Origin: Octopus sinensis
Taxonomy: Eukaryota
Length of the DNA stretch: 64,000 bases
NCBI RefSeq assembly: GCF_006345805.1
Contig: NC_043005.1
Location: 81,096,001 to 81,160,000, forward strand
Reading direction: 5' to 3'
Each line of letters starts with the position of its first letter. Position 1 is the stretch's first letter. Shown piece after piece: positions 13,581 to 26,859 of the stretch. The position numbers and the translations under genes are program-made. The notes under the pieces are model-generated. The model was not told where the DNA came from. It searched no databases and worked only from the letters and a program-made list of their open reading frames with translations.

Positions 13581-13807
13581 GAAATAAGATTAAGATTAAT
13601 GTAAAAAATAAATAACACTGAAGCAAAATAACACCAAATATATAGTGCGTGTGTTTTTATTGGCTAAACTGGCAAAATGACCATTCCGAAATATAACAAT
13701 ATGTTTCAACACACGACTTCACATAAAAATCTTGCACAACAAATATTTAAACGTACATATATATATTCATATATATATATATGTATAGATGTACATACAC
13801 ACATGAA

Positions 13808-14535
13808 TTTTTTAGAGATTTCTATCGGTTTCTTTCGAGACGCATAAATTATAATGGTTTATTGACAATTATTGTCTATTCTTCGGCATATTTGGCATTA
13901 GAATTTTTCTTTTGCCCTTATCTTGTAAATTATTTATAAATTTTACCTTTAAAGGTATTTTTTGATATGCTGGCCATTGATAAAAAATTTTTCCCTAAAA
14001 AAATTTTATCGTACATTAGTTATAAATTGAATAGTGTTCACTTCCGAATTCTCTCACTCTGTGAAAGTTTCTAGTTCGAATCACACGTGTCTCGAGATGT
14101 GCCGAAGATTTTTCTATTTTGGATATATTTGGGGTACTTAGTTCTGCTCGGGACTTAGTGTTTGCTTTTTCCATGGGTATGAGTAAGTATTTCACTTATA
14201 TCTCGCGTATTTGCCGCTGAAGAGGGGGAAATTTCTTACGAATTAACCCTGAAATTGGACCAATACGGTAATAACGAATTTTTTAGAGATTTCTATCGTT
14301 TTGTTTCGAGACGCATAGATTATAATGGTTTATTGACAATTATTGTCTTTTTTTCGGCATATTTGGCATTAGAATTTTTCTTTTGCTCTTATTTTTTTAT
14401 TATTTTATCTAGTTTCAGCTCACGAGCTGTGGCCATGCTGGGGCACCGCCATTATCTTGTAAATTATTTATAATTTTTTTGATATGCTGGCAATTAATAC
14501 ATTTTTTTTCCCGAAAGAATTTTTATCCTACATCA
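13808..14535 (-). repeat. family X, ~1.5 tandem units of ~465 bp
   Basis: 13808-14020 recurs at about 14276-14535. Confidence 0.75.
14393..14451 (-). mobile_element. ultra-short 3'-end insertion of the CR1/L2-group LINE
   Basis: Matches 11251-11300; absent from the sister repeat unit near 13915; TTAT duplicated at 14389-14392 and 14452-14455. Confidence 0.8.
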
Positions 14536-14799
14536 GTTATATACACATACATATATATCTATATATATATATATATATATATTTATACATATGAATATAT
14601 ACAGTTATATATACATACTCATATACATATTTATAGACATATACATAAATATATATATACAAATATATATATATATATATTAGTAACAGTAACACTATAC
14701 TTCTCTTGCGTAACTAATTATTACTACTAGTAATGTAACTATTTATATTATTTTATTAGTTCATGCTAATTTAGCTAGCAGGTATTTTATGTTCATGTT

Positions 14800-15541
14800 T
14801 GGTGACAACAAGTTTCCTGAAATCCTAATATTTCGTTATCTTTCACTTTCTTTCTTATTGATGTTTCTATCTTAGGGTACTGTAAAGTCTATGATCTTAC
14901 ATTGGGTGTTCATACCGTACTTCATGTTCATATCTGCTATTCTTGCTTCATTAGTGTGACCAGTCTTTAGTCGAAATCCAATAATATATTGTAATTTTTA
15001 TTTTCTATCACCGTTTTTCTTTGTGTTCATACCACTTTTCTGTTGTTTTGAGACCTCACACTCGGATAACGTCTCAATACATTCTTTTGCCTACACAGTC
15101 ATGTCTACGCTTATATCACATTTGTCCTAGTATACTGCACTCACTCAAAATGTAATACTTTCATCTCTCTTTGTGCAGATACTCTATTTTCTGCTTGACT
15201 GAGTCTTTTCGAGCTTTGCTTTTCTCAGGTTTCTTCTAAGGGCTTGTCTCTGAGCGGCTGTAATCACTATTTTCTCTCTCTTGTTTCAAGCTCCTGACAG
15301 CCAAACTGAGTCACCGATCTTTACTTCTAACACTCTGTTGTATGAATTCGTCATTAATTCCAATTCTTTCCATTTTTTCTGTTATTTCTTTTCTCTTTGA
15401 CTTCTCCTACTCTTTAGGTCAGTTTTTGTGTATCTCTGTCTGCCGATAGTATTATTTCTGTACTCTGCACAACGTAATTTGTCAGACTCAGTATCACAGT
15501 ATTGATTAGCAGTATCTTCTGCGTTTAGTAATCGTCTCCCA
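14800..15541 (-). mobile_element. degenerate R4/Dong-like C-terminal fragment
   Basis: GRRLLNAEDT, ITAAQRQAL, KRRHDCVG, EKWYEH and CKIIDFTVP motifs across frameshifts. Confidence 0.75.
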
Positions 15542-15544
15542 CGA

Positions 15545-17042
15545 GACTGGAAGAAAGGAATACGAAAGAAGTTGGAAAAGATACGGAAGGAATTGAGGCA
15601 ACTAAATAGGGTAATATGAGGAGAGCTCAAGAATAATGTAGTAGTCAGAAAATTAAATGGACAATATAGGTTAGGAAAACAAGCAGCACACAAAGAATTG
15701 ACACAAAAAGTGACAGCATTAAAGGTCAAATTGAAATGATATAATACTCGATAGAAAGCGCTCGAACAGAATAGACTATTCCAATCAAATAGGAGGCGCA
15801 TATATGAGGAAACAGATGAAGGCAATCACCAGGAAATGATTCTAGATGCAAAAGAATGTAAGGCATTTAGAAGGCATAATGAAAGTGCTAACAAAAGTGG
15901 AAAGACAACAGGCAACTGTACCAAGACAAAAAGTTATCAGAAGTTTTAATATCTAGATAGAGTACATGGCTATTGGTTGAAAATCATTACACAGCTGCAT
16001 GAAAGAATCGCTGCGCAACGGGATGACTGCCTGCAACAAGAGCACGTCTCTGCCTGGATGACAAGTCACCGAACGCTGCCATGCCTCAAGGATCACTTAA
16101 AAGGGTACTTGGCCTCAAATTTTCCACCTATAATCTGTTTACCACTAATGTGGGAGCTTATGACCAGTGGCTTGGTGGAAAAGTTATAGAACCATCTGGA
16201 AAGTAACAATCTACTTCCAGGAGAACAGAAAGGGTGCAGGAAACGAAATAGCGCAACAAAAGACCACTTATTAGTTCAGAAAATGATAATTAGAAATTAT
16301 AGATGCAGATTGACGGGACTGAAGGTAACATGGTTAGATTACAAAACAGTATATATAGTACCACACAGTTGGACAAGTAAAACAATGAGCGTGTTTTAGA
16401 TAGCAAAAACATGAGGAAAATGCTTACTGAAGGTTTGAAATATTGGAAAACTGAATTGATCAGAGGAAAACAAAAACTCAGAAAAGTGAGCATTAGACAT
16501 GGAATATTCCAAGGTGATAACTCATTTCCATTACTATTTGTATTGGCTTTGATACTACTCATTATGATACTCCCAAAAGACAAAATTGCTTATGATTTGG
16601 GAAGAGGAAATGGTCAGATATATCATCTCCTTTTCATGGATGATACAAAGGTTTATGCGAAAAATGAGATAGTCTTGTACCTGCTATCCACATTTTCTGA
16701 AATTATGCAGGTATGGAGTTTGTGATAGAAAGGTGTGCTATATTCAAAATGAAACAAGGGTGATTTGAAAGAGGCCAGGGAACCGAAATTCCTAATGGGC
16801 AAACATTGAGAGCAGTGGAGAAAGGACAGTGGTATAAGTACTTGAGAATACTGGGAGCAGTTTAGATAAACAATGAAGTAGGCGTAGGAGTGGGTGTGTG
16901 GTATGTAGCTTGCTTACCAACCACATGGTTCCGGGTTCAGGCCTAATGTGTCTTCAACTATAGCCTCGGGTCGACCAAAACCTTGTGAGTGGATTTGGTA
17001 GACGGAAACGAAAAGAGGCCCGACGTATATATGCATATGTAG

Positions 17043-17082
<40 letters not shown>

Positions 17083-17650
17083 TTGTCCACCGAACATCAC
17101 TTGACAACCGATGCTGGTATGTTTACGTACCCGTAACTTAGCGGTTTTGCAAAAGAGACCGATAGGTAAGAACTAGGCTTACAAAGAATAAGTCCTGGGG
17201 TCCATTTGCTCGACTAAAGGCGTTGTTCCAGCATGGCCACAGTCAAGTGACTGAAACATGTAAAAGAGAGAGTAAAAGAGTAACTGAAACAAATTGCCAG
17301 TATGGAGTACACACAGAGAGTAAGAAAATTATTTCAGTTAAAACTGAATTCCAAAGATCAAGAGCTGTAGCCTTAATCAGATATGGTTTTGGAATTATAT
17401 ACTGGACCAGAAACGATATAAAGAAACTTGACAGAATAACTAGGAAGTTGTTGACGATGTATAGAGCCCATCATCCGAAGGCTGATATTAAGAGGCTGTA
17501 CATGAGGAAAGACCAGATAAAAGTAGAAAAATGTACACAGATGGAAAGAAAATGTCTAGTAGAGCAGTTACACAACAGGACAGGATAAAATTACTAAAGG
17601 AAGTTAACTGGTGATGAAGCAAATAATAGGAGAAAAGGACATTCCCGAAA
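15545..17650 (+). mobile_element. degenerate R4/Dong-like RT region, interrupted by a SINE
   Basis: EQKGCRK, GIFQGDNSFPLLF, HLLFMDD, HHPKADIKRLY. Confidence 0.85.
16880..17290 (+). mobile_element. SINE family A, near full length
   Basis: tRNA-like head, internal (TA)n/(TG)n, 3' end CCAGCATGGCCACAGTCAAGTGACTGAAAC. Confidence 0.85.
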
Positions 17651-17669
17651 TGATGAAAAGAAAGTCGAC

Positions 17670-17720
<51 letters not shown>

Positions 17721-17730
17721 TAATAATAAT

Positions 17731-18272
17731 TGCCCTGTTTCAGTAGCAGGCAGTGGCTCGCATGGCTTCTGATCGTAACTGATTGGGATTGTTATCATGT
17801 AGATTGTATTGTCTTGGTGTAAAAGATGGGCTACAGCAAATATTCTGCTCAATACCACAGATTTGCTTGTCATTTGCTTGACCTTAACCAGTTGACCATG
17901 TCCCTTAGTGGCTGACGATATGTTCATCTCTGATCACGAGCAGAAGTAGTGGGGGAGTATCATAGACATGTGTTGAGAGGGATTGTTTGGAGTTTGGTTA
18001 ATCCATCGATGGAAACATGGGTGTTTCATTCAACATCTTTAAACAAACCTTATTCAGCGACCTTTTCAGCAGGATGGGTTACTCGACCTGAAGAAAATTC
18101 TAACTTGGCTCCCATGGCAAGGTCATGCCCTGTTTATCTGGACGTCGCACACATATTGTTGTGATGCATGTTCCTGGAGTACCCTTACCAAACGGGTAGT
18201 CATGATGTGCATATTGGGCTTCGTATATTTTACCCCAGTGTCACATTGATGGCATGCACTGCTCTCTCACTC
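17731..18272. mobile_element. ~550-bp TAA-embedded repeat, copy 2
   Basis: Homologous to 25927-26482; (TAA)n on both sides. Confidence 0.85.
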
Positions 18273-18319
18273 AATAAAAATAATAGTAATAATAAAATAA
18301 TATAATGATAATGATATAT

Positions 18320-18352
<33 letters not shown>

Positions 18353-18560
18353 TATAATAATAATAATAATATAATAATAATAATAATAATAAAAAATAAT
18401 AATAATATAATATAATAATAAAATAATAATAATAATACTATAATAATAATAATAATAATAATAATAAAATATAATATAATAATAATAATAATAATATAAT
18501 AATAATAAATAATAATAATATCATAATAATAATAATAATAATAATAATAAAATAATAATA

Positions 18561-18975
18561 AACTTCAGACAAAGAAGATGCCTCCTCATTGATATGACTG
18601 TCCAAATCGATATAAACGTATCTGTCAAGACGAACCAAAAACTGAGCAAATATAACGATCTTGAAATAGAAATCAGCAAAATGTGGAAGCTGAAGACTAA
18701 AACAATACCTGTTGTCATAGGTGCCCTGGGAATGATAGCAAAAGAGGCAGATTGCTACCTCACTCAGATACCAGGAAACCCCAAAATGGCTGAAATTCAA
18801 AAGATAGTGCTCATGGGAACTGCTCATATCCTACGCAAAATAATTTCTATGTAATCTCAAGGTTTAAAACAAACATAACTAGGCATAACACCAACATGAA
18901 CTTCCAACCTGTTGTCTCTTGAGGTCTCTGGGTGAGACTTGGAGCCAACTTGTACAAATATAAAGCAAAAGTCAA
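18561..18975 (+). mobile_element. R4/Dong-like 3' fragment (RLE plus 3' UTR)
   Basis: KYNDLEIEISKMWKLKTKTIPVVIGALG...GTAHILRK; flanked by (TAA)n. Confidence 0.88.
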
Positions 18976-19009
18976 ACATATAATAACAAAAATAATAATA
19001 ATGATAATA

Positions 19010-19508
19010 CTAATAATAATAATAATAAGAAGAAGGAGGAGAACAAGAGAAAGAAGAAGAAAAAGAAGAAGAAGAAGAAGGAGAAGAAGAAGAAGACGAA
19101 GAAGAAGAAGAAGAAGAGAAGAAGAAGAGGAAGAAGAAGAAGAGGAAGAAGAAGACCTCCACCAACAACAACAGCAACAACAAAAACAACAATGATGATG
19201 ACGATTTCAAATTTTGGCACAGGGGCTGCAAGTCGATTACATGGACACCATTACTCAACTGGTAGTTATTTTATCGACCCTGAGTGTGGGAAAATTAAAG
19301 TCGGCCTCAGGGAAATGTTGAACTCGGGTTTAATGCCTCTAAGCATTAGGTTCGCGTGTTAAGAATTCTACACACTCGCCGCCTTAATAATAATTACAAA
19401 ATCAACAAAACGACGACAACGACGACAACGCAGACAACAACAGCAATAATAATAATGAAAATAATAATGAGAAGAGGTAGTAGAAGAGGTCGAAGACGAA
19501 GAAGAATA

Positions 19509-19579
<71 letters not shown>

Positions 19580-19900
19580 AAGAAAAGAAGAAGAAGAAGA
19601 AGGAGAGGAGGAGGAGGAGGAGGAGGAGTAAGAAGAAAGAGGAACGAAGAAGAAGAAGAAGAAGAAGAGGAGGAGGAGTAAGAAGAAAGAAGAACGAAGA
19701 AGAAGAAGAAGAAGAAGAAGAAGAAGAAGAAAAAGAAAAAGAAGAAAAAAGAAAAAGAAGAAGAAGAAGAAGAAGAAGAAGAAAAAGAAGGAGAAGAAGA
19801 AAAAGAAGGAGAAGAAGAAAAAGAAGAGGAAGAGGAAGCAGAAGCAGCAGCAGTAGCAGCAGCAGCAGCAGAAGAAGAAGAGGAAGAAGAAGAAATAAAA
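19010..19900. repeat. compound (TAA)/(GAA)/(AGT)/(GAG)/(GCA) microsatellites, with a SINE B fragment at ~19250-19385
   Basis: Direct reading; TTTTATCGACCC..AAAGTCGGCC resembles family B on the minus strand. Confidence 0.8.
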
Positions 19901-20379
19901 AAAATTTTGATTGGACAGTACTTTCTAAATTCAAAGTATATGTAAGAAAATGGGAAATACAAATTTATGATAGTCATTATTGAAAAGAATCGAAAATAAA
20001 ACATTGAAATAACGTCTACGAAGCAAAGAATTTTGGCTTCCCTCATTAGTCATATGACCTCTTAAGTGTGCGTGTCGACTTTTCCATTTTCTGAAATGTT
20101 AAAACAAATTTGGAAACTTCATTTTGAAATATTGTCTGTTAATGTAATTTTTCCTCATAATATGATAGAAAATTGCGATATTGCGACAAAATAAGAAAAA
20201 CAAACATCTATACGACCGCCGTTCACGTTACTGTTTCGGTTGTGCGACACAGGCATATTCGGTTATATACAATTTACTTTCCTCTTCTTTGTATGAATAC
20301 ATGCAAATATTCGTACGTTAGATTTATAGGTGTATGCAAATGTCTATGTATAAATGTCTCTCCCACACGTCTGTCTCGC

Positions 20380-20780
<401 letters not shown>

Positions 20781-21449
20781 TCCACAGTAGTTTATGAAAC
20801 TATTTCTGATTGTTACTTTTCTATTCAACGTTACTTGTGCAGAATTCTTGGCTGGTTTTTCAATTTAGAATTTATAAAAAACAAAACAGAAGAATATATA
20901 GATTACTATTTTACCTACAATATTCAACGAAGAAATATGTTTTTGATTAGCTAAGCAATTCTGAGTTTTATAACCACGGGAGAATATCAGAGGGAAGATA
21001 GGATTGCATAGCAAGGAGAAAATAGAAAAAAAAAAACTTAATGGAAGAGAATGAATGCCAGTTGTGACTCAGCACATGAACCTGAGAAATTTACGTGATA
21101 TTATTTCGTAATATCACTTTAGTAAACTGAATATCTATAAATTTTATTATACAGGACACACACAGACTTATCCACAGACAGACTCGAAAACACACACAGA
21201 AATATACATATAAACCAATGAATATAGCCGAAGACGGAAAGGTGAGCAGAAAGAACAGACAAAAGGAAATAATGTTATAGTCTTGAGAGTGATCTAGTCA
21301 TAAAAGAAGCACTATTTGATATATTCTGTATAGATGGCAGCACCTATACTGAGATGTGAATAGTAATGAATTATGTGTATAAGATGAATAAAAAAAATGT
21401 AATATGACAGCGGAGTGAGAATACAAAACGGAGTATCTTCATCATCATA

Positions 21450-21488
<39 letters not shown>

Positions 21489-21559
21489 GTTACTTTTAAT
21501 CTGCATGTTTGTTACAGTCACTTGCCGACACACACCCTGAGTCCTAGGGTGAGAGAAGG

Positions 21560-22500
21560 ATAAGCGATGTTACAGTATAACTGAATAATTGGGGACGAGA
21601 GGTAGTAAAATATATTCATGTAATACTAGACAGGCATTTACATAGGTAGGGTTTTTCTAAGGATGTGGGCAGTAATTGTCAGCACAATCTTTTGGATTAC
21701 TCTGAGACATGATTCTCCCGGAATTTTATCTAGATGTTTCTGACCTCTATTTTTTTATCATACTTAGGGCATCCATAATAACAGGAACAGTTCTCGTTTT
21801 AAGATGCCACACCTTTTGTATTTCAATTTCCACGTCCTTATATTTACTTAGTTTGTCAAATTCCTTGACAGATATATTTATATCAGTGGGAACACTTACA
21901 AGAATTTTCTTCATTGTCTTTAATAACTATCTCTGGTTTATTAGCCTGTATCGTTCTGTCAGTTTTGACTGTAAAATCCCAGAGGATAGTGACATTTTTA
22001 CCTTAAAAAACTGGCTCAGAATGGTGTTCGTACTAATAAGTAAGAGTGCCGATGTTGTAGTCTTTAAATATTTTCCAATGTAAATACAACCCTCTCATAT
22101 CGTGAAGATTTTTATATTTGTTTGGTGTAGGCACAGAGCATCTCGAGACAAGATGGTCTCGTCAAATGTATCACAGAATCTAGATTTTGGGTCAGAACCG
22201 TTTTGAAAAACGTTAGCCGGGTAGTTTTTTGTGAGCAAGCTTTGGTCTTGTGCCGCCAGATATGAAGCCTTTAGTCTCTGCTGTCGGTCCTGAATTTCTC
22301 AGACTTTGATCGGTTGTTGCTTGATCTACATCAGCATTTCGACTTCGAAGTATATACTATCCATGCAGAGGCTTCTGACTCCATCGCTCTTCAATTTTTT
22401 CTGTCGGTTTTTTTATTTGCTTCTTTTGTTTTGGAATCGACTAATCTTATCCCCTAAATTTCAGTCTTTGTTTGCATATTAGAAAGAATTATTATTAGAC
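21560..22500 (-). mobile_element. degenerate R4/Dong-like 3' fragment
   Basis: VTILWDFTVKTDRTIQANKP, KYKDVEIEIQKVWHLKTRTVPVI. Confidence 0.8.
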
Positions 22501-22884
22501 AACAACGTGGCTGAATCAGTAGATTTTCAGAAAATTGCCATGCGTTATTTACAATTTGGTTGCAAATTCTACGGAAGTCAAATTTGCCTTTTATTCCCCC
22601 AGAGTTCATAAGATATAGTCCTAGTCAAAGGTTTTAAATAATCGTTCCCGCAAAATTTCTGGCCTTCGGACAATTATTATATTGTTATCGAGCTAGCAGC
22701 ATTGATTAGCGTGTTAGACAAAATGCTTAGCAGCATTTATTTTACCATTATATTCAAATACCACAAGTGTCAACAGTTCTTTTTATCCTTTCGGTTTCGA
22801 CAAAATATAGTACGGTTCAAAGTAATCCACTAGCAACCGAACAGGCGTCGAAATCGTACAATGAGTAGCACGAATGGCAAAATG

Positions 22885-23455
<571 letters not shown>

Positions 23456-23629
23456 TTTCGGCATTACGTGAAGCATTATGCTCAGGGGTCAATTTCTCCT
23501 TTCATTCTCTCGAAGTCGATAAAATAAATACTGGTGAAAAACTGAGGTCAATGTAATCGAGTAGCCCATCTTGTCCCTCATGTCCCTCTTGCAAAAACGC
23601 CCAGAGAACTTCAATTTGCTACTTTCTTA

Positions 23630-23905
23630 ATCATCATCATCGTTGTCGTTTAACGTCCACAGGGATTGGACTGTCTGACTGAGAGGGCTGGCAAGCCAGA
23701 AGCCTGCCCCAGGCTCCAATCTGATCTTGCAAAGTTTCTACAGCTGGATGCCATTCCTAACCCCAACAACTCCGGAAGTGTAGTGGGTGCTTTTTACGTG
23801 CCACCGGCACGAGGGCCAGTCAGGCGGTAATGACATCGACCACGCTTGAATGTTGCTTTTTACGTGCCACCGACACGGGAGCCAGTCAGGTGACGCTGGT
23901 AACGA
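23630..23905 (-). mobile_element. repeat with an RTE-like 3' end and internal tandem duplication
   Basis: (CAT)n then CGTTTAACGTCC...TTTCTACAGCTGGATGCCATTCCTAAC, resembling RTE-type tails; TTTTTACGTGCCACC occurs twice. Confidence 0.55.
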
Positions 23906-24520
23906 CGCCACCGATGTCATCTCTTTTAATTTCTAATCCGTAAGTGTTATATTTTCTTGTGCCATTCCGACTGTCATTCTTTTTAAATTCTCGTAATAAG
24001 TCTGCCGTTATTCTATGTAAGACGTCTTTGCTCCAGATTTCTGAGCAGAATTTCCTTATTGCTTCAGCATCTGGCATATCATTTCCCCGATGCTCCACAC
24101 CATTGTTCACTTGTTTATAGCATTCTTTTTCTTTATTCATTAAGAGTCCATCCTGCCGAAAATGATTCGTTCTCTGTTCGTATTCATTAGTTTGCTTTTT
24201 TTTACCCAAAAATGTATTGTTTCATTGTTTTATTTTTTCTTTAACGATTGTGTCTTATGTCCTTAGCTGCCCTTTGCAGTTCGTTCTTGCTTCTCTCCCT
24301 CACACACATTGCTATGATTGCAAGTATCCATCCAAAGTCTCTAGTGAACAGTTGGATTTGATCCTCATCCCTTCGATCCAACAATGATGTTTTGTCCTAT
24401 GTTTTTTTTTTGTTTTTTTTTTCCAATTTTAACTTCAAGAGTTTTCTCAGCGACATAAGCTGCGTAGGCTCGTTCAGAACTCTTGTGTTTTCGCTGTAGA
24501 TTTTCGTTAACAGAATGAAA
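23905..24520 (-). mobile_element. R4/Dong-like pre-RT fragment
   Basis: RQDGLLMNKEKECYKQV...PDAEAIRKFCSEIWS resembles the RQN..F..N.K.FY / FW..IW region. Confidence 0.6.
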
Positions 24521-25760
24521 TGCTGAATATAAAAAAAATAAAGAACGGATATTCATGGATGGAATGCCATAGATGAAAAATATTGCTGGGTCCTGCCTGT
24601 ACTATTAGGAATCGTATAAAAAATTGAGATTTGTTGTGTAGTAGATAAATAAACAAATTATTGCATATAAATTTTAACAAGAAAATCTTATATAGACCCT
24701 CGAAGGACCATATGGACTCCAGTCGAGAAGCATTGGTGTAGAAATTCTCTTGGGAATTTGATAACCAAAATACTGAAGGAATGTGTGAAGCCTGATCTGA
24801 AAACTTTGAGCATATTAGATGAGTCGAATCATGATTGAAAATACTATTATTCGCCATAATATAAAACTGTAAAACAAGATAACCTCTACATAACAGATCG
24901 ACCTACAAGATACAGCGGATAAATGCCCATAACATGAGAGGCTATCGTTTTTATATGGAAGGATATAGTGGATAATGTTTTTCCATATTCATGATCTAAA
25001 AATAAGAAGTGATCGTCCATGATGAAATCTGTTTGACCATAGACCCGTTTCATCAGGTTTGATCAAAGCCAAAACTAAAACAACTGGACGCTACATGTTA
25101 TTTTTTTTCTCGTTACTTATTGCAATATGTTGATGCTGATGTCGATGATTATGATGATAATAATGATTCTGATGCTGATACCCATGATGATGAAGATGCT
25201 GCTGCTGCTGATGATGATAATGATAATGATGTTGAACATTAACATGATCATGAGACATTATCATCATCACCATTGTTGTAAACACCATCACTATTGTGAG
25301 CATCATATTTCGCATCCTTCCCTTCCACCACCTCCTCCCCATCATCACCATCATCATCGTCCTCATCATCATCAGCTGATGCAGCAGCAACATCATTGTC
25401 AAGCTTATCATGATTCCTATAATGATCAAAGCATTTGGCCCTGTTTATTATATCAACACACAACGATGACGCAAACATTAGGTTCACCGAATGGGGATTT
25501 ATATCCTTTCGGAAAAAAAAGTAATTACAGCTATCTTTATTCGTTTCGAATCTTATTCAAAAATCTATTCTTTAGAGTACAGCTGGGTTGCTTCAGAGAT
25601 GATTAGCTTCAGAATGGGATAGTACATGTCAAAATAATTATACATTCTTTATATTTCGAACGTGAATTTGTGTAGTTGTATATGTAGGAGATGAGGAATC
25701 ATGTATATTAATTATATTATTTACATTTGACGGATATTTTTCCTCATCTTGTTTGTTGTT

Positions 25761-25806
25761 AACACAACGTTTCGGTTGATATACCCTCCAGCCTTCATCA
25801 GGTGTC
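25761..25806 (-). ncRNA. minimal type-I hammerhead ribozyme
   Basis: GACAC-CUGAUGA-A-GGCUG..CAACC-GAAA-CG-UU-GUGUU, with one stem II mismatch. Confidence 0.75.
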
Positions 25807-25926
25807 TTGTAGTGGTTAAGAGCGCGGCTTACTAACCCTAAGATTCCGAGTTAGATTCCAGGCAGTGGCCTGAATATTGATGATGATAATAATAATACGA
25901 ATAATAATAATAATAATAATAATAAA

Positions 25927-26482
25927 ATGCCCTGATGCAGTACCAGGCAGTGACTCTCATGGCTTCTGATCTTAAGTGATTGGAAGTGTTATCATGTACA
26001 TTGTTTTGTCTTGGTATAAAAGATGGGCTACAGCAAATATTCTGCTCAATACCACAGATTTGCTTGCCAGTTGTTTGACCTTAACCAGTTGAGCATGTCC
26101 CTTAGTGGCTGACGATATGTGCATCTCTGATCATGAGCAGAAGTAGTGGGGGAGCATCATAGCCATGTGTTGAGAGGGATTCTTTGGGGTTTGAATAGTT
26201 CACCTCTGGAAACATGGGTGGTTCTTTCAACATCCTTAAACAACCCTTATTGAGGGACCGTTTGAGCGGGATGGGTTACTCAACCTGAAAAAAATTCTAA
26301 CTGGGCCCCACCTGCAAGGTCATGTGCTGTTTATCTTGATATGAGATCACCATGTCGCGCACATATGGTTGTGATGCATGTGTCTGGTGTACCTTTATCA
26401 GACGGGTAGTCATGATGGGTATATTGGGCTTCGTATATTTTACCCCAGTGTCACTTTGATGGCATGAACTGCTCTCTCACTC
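25927..26482. mobile_element. ~550-bp TAA-embedded repeat, copy 3
   Basis: ATGCCCTGATGCAGTACC...CTCTCTCACTC, inside the (AAT)n of SINE D. Confidence 0.88.
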
Positions 26483-26517
<35 letters not shown>

Positions 26518-26531
26518 TAATAATAGTAATG

Positions 26532-26630
<99 letters not shown>

Positions 26631-26686
26631 TAATAATAATAATAATGATAATAATAATGATAATGATGATGCTGGTGATGATGATG

Positions 26687-26718
<32 letters not shown>

Positions 26719-26722
26719 GATG

Positions 26723-26762
<40 letters not shown>

Positions 26763-26813
26763 AACATCGAAAAATAAATTAGGAATGAGAACCCAAGTTT
26801 GAAATTTCCGCAA

Positions 26814-26859
26814 GACACCTGATGAAGACTGGAGGGTATATCAGTCGAAACGTTGTGTT
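26814..26859 (+). ncRNA. minimal type-I hammerhead ribozyme, intact core
   Basis: GACAC-CUGAUGA-A-GACUG gaggguauau CAGUC-GAAA-CG-UU-GUGUU: stem I GACAC/GUGUU, perfect 5-bp stem II, palindromic ACGU stem III. Confidence 0.85.

Larger units (their letters stand above)
12394..13702 (+). mobile_element. 5'-truncated Penelope-like element with inverted pseudo-LTR
   Basis: ~500-bp inverted arms (12394-12890, 13190-13702) enclose a GIY-YIG-type C-terminus HWRQHKEG..SFLYQHAEQEH..RQITEATHIIENKPSLNR (12890-13126); each arm carries a hammerhead-like motif. Confidence 0.85.

Noticed and set aside
24540-25070. Decayed coding-like sequence (also 46900-47400 and 53900-54560)
   Set aside because: No diagnostic motif could be read, so no family was assigned.
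25955-26000. Resemblance of the 550-bp element to the U2 snRNA 5' end (ATGGCTTCT..AAGTGTTATC)
   Set aside because: Only two short patches match; the branch-point recognition sequence, Sm site and stem-loops are absent, so it is probably chance.
26205-26295. Possible type-II hammerhead in the 550-bp element (GAAAC..GTTTC, later CTGAAGA in copy 2)
   Set aside because: Stems I and II cannot be paired, and the core differs between copies.
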